Part shown: piece by piece, positions 58,296-64,000 of the stretch
How the letters are laid out: every line of letters starts with the position of its first letter
Position numbering within the stretch: the stretch's first letter is position 1
Assembly: GCA_051530055.1 (NCBI GenBank)
Contig: CM121341.1
Location: forward strand, 12,936,784 to 13,000,783
Length of the DNA: 64,000 nt
Reading direction: 5' to 3'
From: Neoechinorhynchus agilis
Lineage: Eukaryota; Animalia; Acanthocephala
Notes under the pieces: generated by a model
Databases searched by the model: none
Told to the model about the DNA's origin: nothing
Seen by the model: only the letters and a program-made list of their open reading frames with translations
Program-made: the position numbers and the translations under genes

Positions 58296-58900
58296 TTACA
58301 CGTTTCTTATTCGCTCATGCGACTCATTGTCTTTTTTAAAGAAAGAGATGGTCTTGGAATGTTTTGTAAGGTGCTCGTGATTAAATACAAAATTTAGAAA
58401 TTTTTCTATAGCTTGTCTTCGATCTTCTAAAACTTCAACATTGTACCGACCTGTTAGATTAAAATGCAAGCTTGGGGTTCGTGACTTAAGAACGCTAGTT
58501 ATGACCTACTAGCATCTTTTGTGGAAAAAAAGGCGGTTCTCCAGGTCTGTGTAGATTTTTATGGTACTTTATCAGTATTTGAAAGAGTTCATATACATTT
58601 TGAAATCTTTTCTGATAGGTTACCTACAAACGGACTTGTCAGAAGTGTCTTGCCTTTATTCCCACCTTAAAAGGTTGGTCAGATAAATGAACGGGAAGGA
58701 CCTAAGGATAGCTCTTGCAATACATACAACTACCCAAATATCACACTCACATTGATTACAATTAAGTACATTGTACATTTCAATTCTCTATCAAATCGGT
58801 GAGAAGGTACAGACACTTTTCGTACGTAACGATCAAAATGGCTCAGAAATAAATCCATCTGGAGCCTATGCTCCTCTGAGATGGGATCTCGTTCGCGCAT
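58296..58900 (-). CDS. Small PX-domain protein (SNX15/RPS6KC1-type PX), 4 exons
   Basis: The spliced product reads ...QKRFQNVYELFQILIKYHKNLHRPGEPPFFPQKMLVGRYNVEVLEDRRQAIEKFLNFVFNHEHL, with GT-AG junctions in frame. Confidence 0.75.
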
Positions 58901-59370
58901 AGGCGAATATCTGAAAGTGAATACGGAGATTGAATGACTTCCCAAAAGGCAATAAGGTCAAAATTTAGTTTATACTTTAAAATATCTTTTTCGCAAACTC
59001 GGGAGGCAAAGGGTTTAATATTATTTCAATTAATACAACCACCTTTCTAATGACTAATCCCGACCAAAAGTAGCTCGAAAGCTAAAGTGCTTTGTTCAAT
59101 AGCAAAGTCAATGATTTACATTCTTAAATTCAATCTGTTATCGAAATGTGCACGGAGTTTAAATAATATCAGCACTTCGATAGATATAAGATCTTTTGAA
59201 CAAATCCCCAACTCATAGATTTTATTTATCAATTGACCCGACTTAGAACTAAATCTTGGGTGCAACGTAAACATTTCTATTATCTTTAATGACTCGACCA
59301 AAATGTTGATGTTATCAACTAAATAGTGATATGCACGCACATTGAACACAATAACAGACTGACGTATGCC

Positions 59371-59655
59371 CTCAACAGTAGCGAGAAAGAACCCAGTTCG
59401 CAACGCGAACGGCAGGGACACAACAACAGCGTGACGTCACCTTAATTAACGGGATGAACAAGACCGTACGTCGCGAACGTCAGAGACACAAATACAGCGT
59501 GACGCACGTCTTCAACAGTTGCGAAAAAGAACCCAGTTCACAACGCGATGCAGATACACAACAACCGCGTGACGTCACCTTAAACAACGGAGTTAACGAG
59601 ACCGTACAACGCGAACGTCAGGGACACAACAACAGGGTGACGCACACCTTCAACA
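59371..59655. repeat. Tandem repeat: four units of about 69 bp arranged as a dimer of about 138 bp
   Basis: The core cgcgaacgtcagggacacaacaacagcgtgacg recurs at about 59404, 59473, 59544 and 59610; tcaaca recurs at 59373, 59512 and 59650. Confidence 0.85.
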
Positions 59656-59659
59656 ACAA

Positions 59660-60320
59660 GGATCGCAGTGTCCTTAAGACTTGGTCTTCCGATTTGCACG
59701 CCCCATTGCTGTCGATGTGGGTCTTCGGTTGATGCTTTCGGGCGACACGGTCTCGTTTGCCGAAAGTGAGAAGAAAGGTTCTCACGCCATTTTGAGATCA
59801 ATTGCGTAATTTCTCGGGCCTTGAGAACGGCGAACTTTCCCAACATCGTGGAACACGCCCATCTTTGTCGGCTAGACGGTCATCGACCTGACGGAATTTC
59901 GATCTTTCCGTGGCGGGAGGGCAAATGCCTTCTCTGGGACGCCACGTGTGTGGATACCCTCGCAGTGAGCAATATTCCCTGCTCTCTCGAAATCGCTGGA
60001 GGTGCAGCCAGCGCAGCGGAAGGGAGGAAGGTACGAAAATATAGGGATTTAGCAAGGGCCCACTATTTTGTCCCCTTCCGAGTAAAGACGTTTGGAGCGC
60101 TTGGCAGCTCGGCACTCACTCTGCTCCAGGATCTCTCGAGGAAATTGAGAGAAACCACCGGCGACGCACGAGCAGGTGTATTCCTGCGACAAAATATCTC
60201 GCTTGAAATACAGCGAGGCAATGCTGCTAGCGTGATAGCAACAGCCGAGGAAGGAGGGAAGCTCCAATTTTGCGGACGGTGGTGATTACACGTTTTGTAC
60301 TTTATTATTGTTAAAACTAA
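59660..60320 (+). mobile_element. CRE-clade 3' fragment (RLE domain)
   Basis: [26 protein letters not shown]...HRPDG...WDATCVD...QNISLEIQRGNAASV. Confidence 0.9.
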
Positions 60321-60768
60321 CAAATTATGTACACCTAAAAAATATATTGATGGTGATTGTCTACTTTTTCTACAGGCGGCTTATTAACTGCCGAAGAGCG
60401 TCTTTATTTGCTCAGAACAATGGAAGGATTTGGAAATATTGTCATTTCAGCAAAAATAAATTTAGGAAAATTTGGTGGTGTTATGATATCGATTCGAATT
60501 TCAGAATGTGGTTAACGACCAGAATATTAGCATCCAATCAAATGAAATCGAAGATCGCAAAGGAGTGTCTGTTGATGGTGATGCAGAATGAACATGATAA
60601 ACACGGAGGCGATTTTTGAATTGATCAAAGTACAGTAAAAGTTTGAATGCTTGTATTTGCGTATTTTTTGTCATGCTTTAATTACAGAATACTGATTATC
60701 CATTTGTCATTAAGCTCTCCATGGCAATGTCGAGTTAAACGGTTGGTTTCTCATTAACTCAGAATATT

Positions 60769-62107
60769 TTACAGCTTTAGTAAATGTTTAATAAGATGGT
60801 TCACCACCTGAACGTTAATACTGTTCCCAAGTAAGCGATATTTTGTCTTTTTTGCGAAATGCGAGGGAAATTTGTACCAAGAAGGAAATCCCATCAATGC
60901 TTGAACCTCAAGAGAAGTAAATAATCGAATCCTTCCATCATCTTCACGTATAAAAGACCCCGTTTTGAACATACACTGACTGTAACCTTTTGTAAAACAT
61001 CCTGAACGTCGGCATTTCATATTAACAAGATCCATTCCAACTCTATGATCGACATATTGGTATTCTTCATGGGCAACAATGTCCATAATGGACAACATCG
61101 TCTTTATTTGGCACGGTCGGGGCACAATTGAATATTCGAAATTGCTGCATTTTGCATACAAGTTGTTTAGATCGTCTAAATTAGTGCTATCTTCGTTGCT
61201 GTCCGATAAATATTTTTCTGAACAAAACATTTGATCTGACGGGACGTGAAGGTTAATGTATCTCTTTTGTTGATGTTCGATTGGTCCATCCTTACGGCAG
61301 GCTAAAAGGTAATATCTGAGTCGGCTGTTAGGAATTCCGAATTGAATACGGAGAAGAGTTCTTGCTGTCGTATTCCATATGACGAAGTCGTGAGAATCCT
61401 AAATGTTCTTCGCCGGGAATCGGAATGAAAACCATTGGTGCGTTTTACTTTCAATTGCAGTTTAGTCAACTAGCAAACGTTTTTTAAGATTTTCGTTAGC
61501 AAACACTGGGAATGAATTGAACTTGGAGAATTTCAGCAAATAGTGATATCAATACATTGAAAAAACACCGCGTCAAACATTAAGGATACCTTGCGAACAT
61601 TAGAAAATAATTTTCATTTGCCTACACCCTTGTCAAGTACTCTTTTTTAGGAGATAATAGATACTCTTCGGTAATATATTGTCTTTTCTGCAAAGCAGTT
61701 ATAAGGTGTGCGCAAATTGAACTTTCTTCAAAATTTTTGACGTTTTCAACAAGAATGTGCTTCGGTGGATTTGGAATGTGTTCAAGCACATGAACGATAT
61801 GTTGAAGACCGCGACATCTATTGTCTTTTTCTGCGTGCTGAAGTCCGATTCGCGTAAATGGTTGACATGGTGGAGACATCATCCATAAGTCCGCTTTTAA
61901 TTCAGTAAAATCATCAACGCCCAGACTTTCCACGGTTTTTGATACCAAGGACTTTTTAGATGGACGAAAGTTTAAAGCGTAGACTTCGTTCGCCGCGGTG
62001 TTCACATCGAGGGACATAACCGTCTCAAAGTGCAGATTGATCATTTCACATGCACATCGAAATCCTCCTATTCCGCTGAATAATTCCACACAACGAATAG
62101 GGTTCAT
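60769..62107 (-). CDS. TRDMT1: DNMT2/TRDMT1 tRNA (cytosine-38)-methyltransferase, 2 exons
   Basis: ELFSGIGG, MSPPCQPFTR, ENVKNF, QFGIPNSRLRYY, IVAHEE, CFTKGY, RLFTSLEVQALMGFP and LLGNSINVQVV. The intron junction in motif VIII is anomalous. Confidence 0.93.
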
Positions 62108-62479
62108 TTTGTCTGAAAAGTAGGCTTGAACGGTTTCTCTAAGATCCACATGAACGTCGATGATTCTAGGGCCCGCACATCAATAATTAAACTCTCAATC
62201 GTCCATTTTGGTTAACTTTAAGGGTAAAATTCTAATTTTCCTTTAAGATTTCGTTATCCTGGGCGATGCTTCGTTTGTTATAGCACCACTGCGGTTTATG
62301 AACTCAATGGAAGAAGGAGCGCTTAAGAGTTTCAGGCGAAAATAATTATGCAATTTAACATATCGTAATTGTAGGCTCTATGAAAACTATAGCACTCAAA
62401 TAGGCAAACCTTCTTTCAAAAGAACACAAGATTTTATACCAAAAAAGAGTTTATAAACATCCACGCCACCATCTTGAAT

Positions 62480-63520
62480 CATTCAGCTGCTGTCCTGGTG
62501 TAATGGTCGAAAAGGCGGATGCAGCATTCCCCTTTTTGCAGAGTCAGGCTTACGTTTTGCAGGAGGAATGCTACTGCCATTGGAACGTCAAATTTCTTCG
62601 ACAATTGTTTGACCAGGTCCTAAGCCGCGGTACCAAACGATCCGAGTATCTCAACGTCAAAAGGGGCGAAATCATGATTTGTATCCATGTCCCTTTATTT
62701 GGTATTTTTGCGGTTCTCTGCGGCGGTTGCTGCAGCCCTGATTTAATGCCTCCGAATTTTATATTGCTGACGACGGGAATACTGTAACACCGTCCGGTCT
62801 ACGGCGGCCATCGAGTTGGCAAAGATTCTTCGACTTTAGGATGTTGCACGCATTCACAGTATTCAGGACACAACTAAGAATTGCATTCATTTCCGAGTAT
62901 AGACATAAGAGACCATGGCGTCCCGATGGATGCACGGTCGCTCCGGAATGGCAGCGATGGGATGTACACATCGATACCCATCAAGTCTCGTCGGAGAGAA
63001 GGGTACCCACAGAAGCGATTGGAATAGCGTTGAGCCAAGCACCCGATTCTCTTGTAGAGACTGCCGCCAATCCCGTTGGGTTCACCAGGTCACGAGAATC
63101 TGAAAATAAAGAGTTATGAATTCTCGCTAGCAGGAGTGGTTTCCAAACGGATTGTTTGCCACAAATGACGGGTAGGATAATTCATTAACTCGTTAGCACA
63201 TCGTCAACATTCTTTGATTTTTAATACACAGAAAAACCTTCTCAAAGGGTGTAGACCTAAACAATAATTCCAATCATATTCCCTGGTACCTCGCATATCG
63301 ACAGACCCCAGATAAGCTGGCATGGAAATATCTACTGCTTTTAGGTTCACCGTCCCGTTCAATTTTGCCACCTTATTCTTGTCTAATAAAGGTGTTGTGC
63401 GTGGCTTATACAGCAATTTCGGAATGAAGATGACGTTCTTGATCAAGAATAGAGGGTCGTCTGAGGATAATTCATTAACTCGTTAACACATCATCGACAT
63501 TCTTTGATTTTTAATACACA
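62480..63520 (-). mobile_element. Fragmented CRE-clade element(s)
   Basis: CHSGATVHPSGRHGLLC, RPDGVTVFP, IKNVIFIPKLLYK and QKGNAAS remnants; local duplication at about 63175/63465. Confidence 0.8.
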
Positions 63521-64000
63521 GGAAAACCTTCTCAGATTTAAGACGCTAAATAAACATCATTAGTGCTACCTGAATCTCGCCTCCCAAAGATATTTGAGGA
63601 TCCGGAGGGATGTACAAACTCATAACCGCATTTATCATCGGTTAACTGTGTGTCGAAAATAAAAATCCGAGTAAAGGATGTTCTAAACACTTAATTAATG
63701 TAACCGGCGTGTCAGCAGACATTAAACAATTAATGCTACCCTCGACTTAAATTTTCTAATTGTGTATTCGCAAGGTCCGATCAAATCTGCTTCAAAAATA
63801 TTAGTGGTATTCATTTCGCTCTGCAATGTAAAGAAGATATAAGGCAAATGATTTGCATCGAATTTAAGAGTCCTTTAAAATTCCATCACTTACGACAAAT
63901 GCATGTTTCTCAAAATGTAATCCAAATCGTTAATACCATGGGAAATCCAAGCCGTTTGAAGAGTTTATACTTAGTCCATCCCATAAATTATATTGCTTTA

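Noticed and set aside
59371-59655. CRISPR-like array
   Set aside because: The units are contiguous degenerate tandem repeats without unique spacers, there are no cas genes, and the context is eukaryotic.
60376-60619. Possible plus-strand exons after a ttctacag acceptor
   Set aside because: No consistent frame or recognisable homology could be established.
52828-61655. A Fritillaria-type non-canonical (AG-AT) splicing system
   Set aside because: AG-AT ends can be drawn for the two odd insertions, but every other intron read here is GT-AG. Two cases are insufficient without cDNA.
60769-62149. Bacterial Dcm-like DNA methyltransferase or horizontal transfer
   Set aside because: The CFTKGY motif, PPCQPFTR and the intron identify DNMT2. 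The GTG start in the ORF track is not the likely start (ATG at 62107).
1893-63119. Most 60-150 aa ORFs in the supplied track
   Set aside because: They are antisense or alternate-frame shadows of the genes and retroelements listed, or start at non-ATG codons with no recognisable motifs.

Overview
AT-rich, gene-dense DNA from an invertebrate animal; the organism cannot be identified from this window. The introns I could read are GT-AG and mostly 40-55 nt. Host genes: hnRNP A/B-like two-RRM protein, CD2BP2, a CCCH zinc-finger protein, malectin, a claudin/PMP22-like tetraspan, tRNA-Gln(UUG), SF3B4, an ATMIN/ASCIZ-like protein, a FLYWCH-MULE-derived ORF, two tandem CNNM paralogs, an Rpp21/RMP24-like protein, a PX-only protein and DNMT2. 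These are interleaved with much retroelement debris: two near-full-length and about seven fragmentary CRE-clade elements, plus Penelope, RTE, RTEX-like and other LINE pieces, a pogo/Tigger derivative and a recent ~3.7-kb duplication. Most notable: (1) two copies of one short host repeat took three independent retroelement insertions within ~75 bp, just downstream of a T-shaped palindrome; (2) several minimal type-I hammerhead ribozyme motifs, often in foldbacks; (3) a twister ribozyme motif at the exact 5' end of the RTE element; (4) inverted-repeat-bounded insertions in conserved coding motifs of one CNNM paralog and of DNMT2, which may be newly gained introns. All alignments and folds were done by eye, so repeat boundaries are approximate. 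Single-base frameshifts in otherwise intact genes suggest assembly indel errors.
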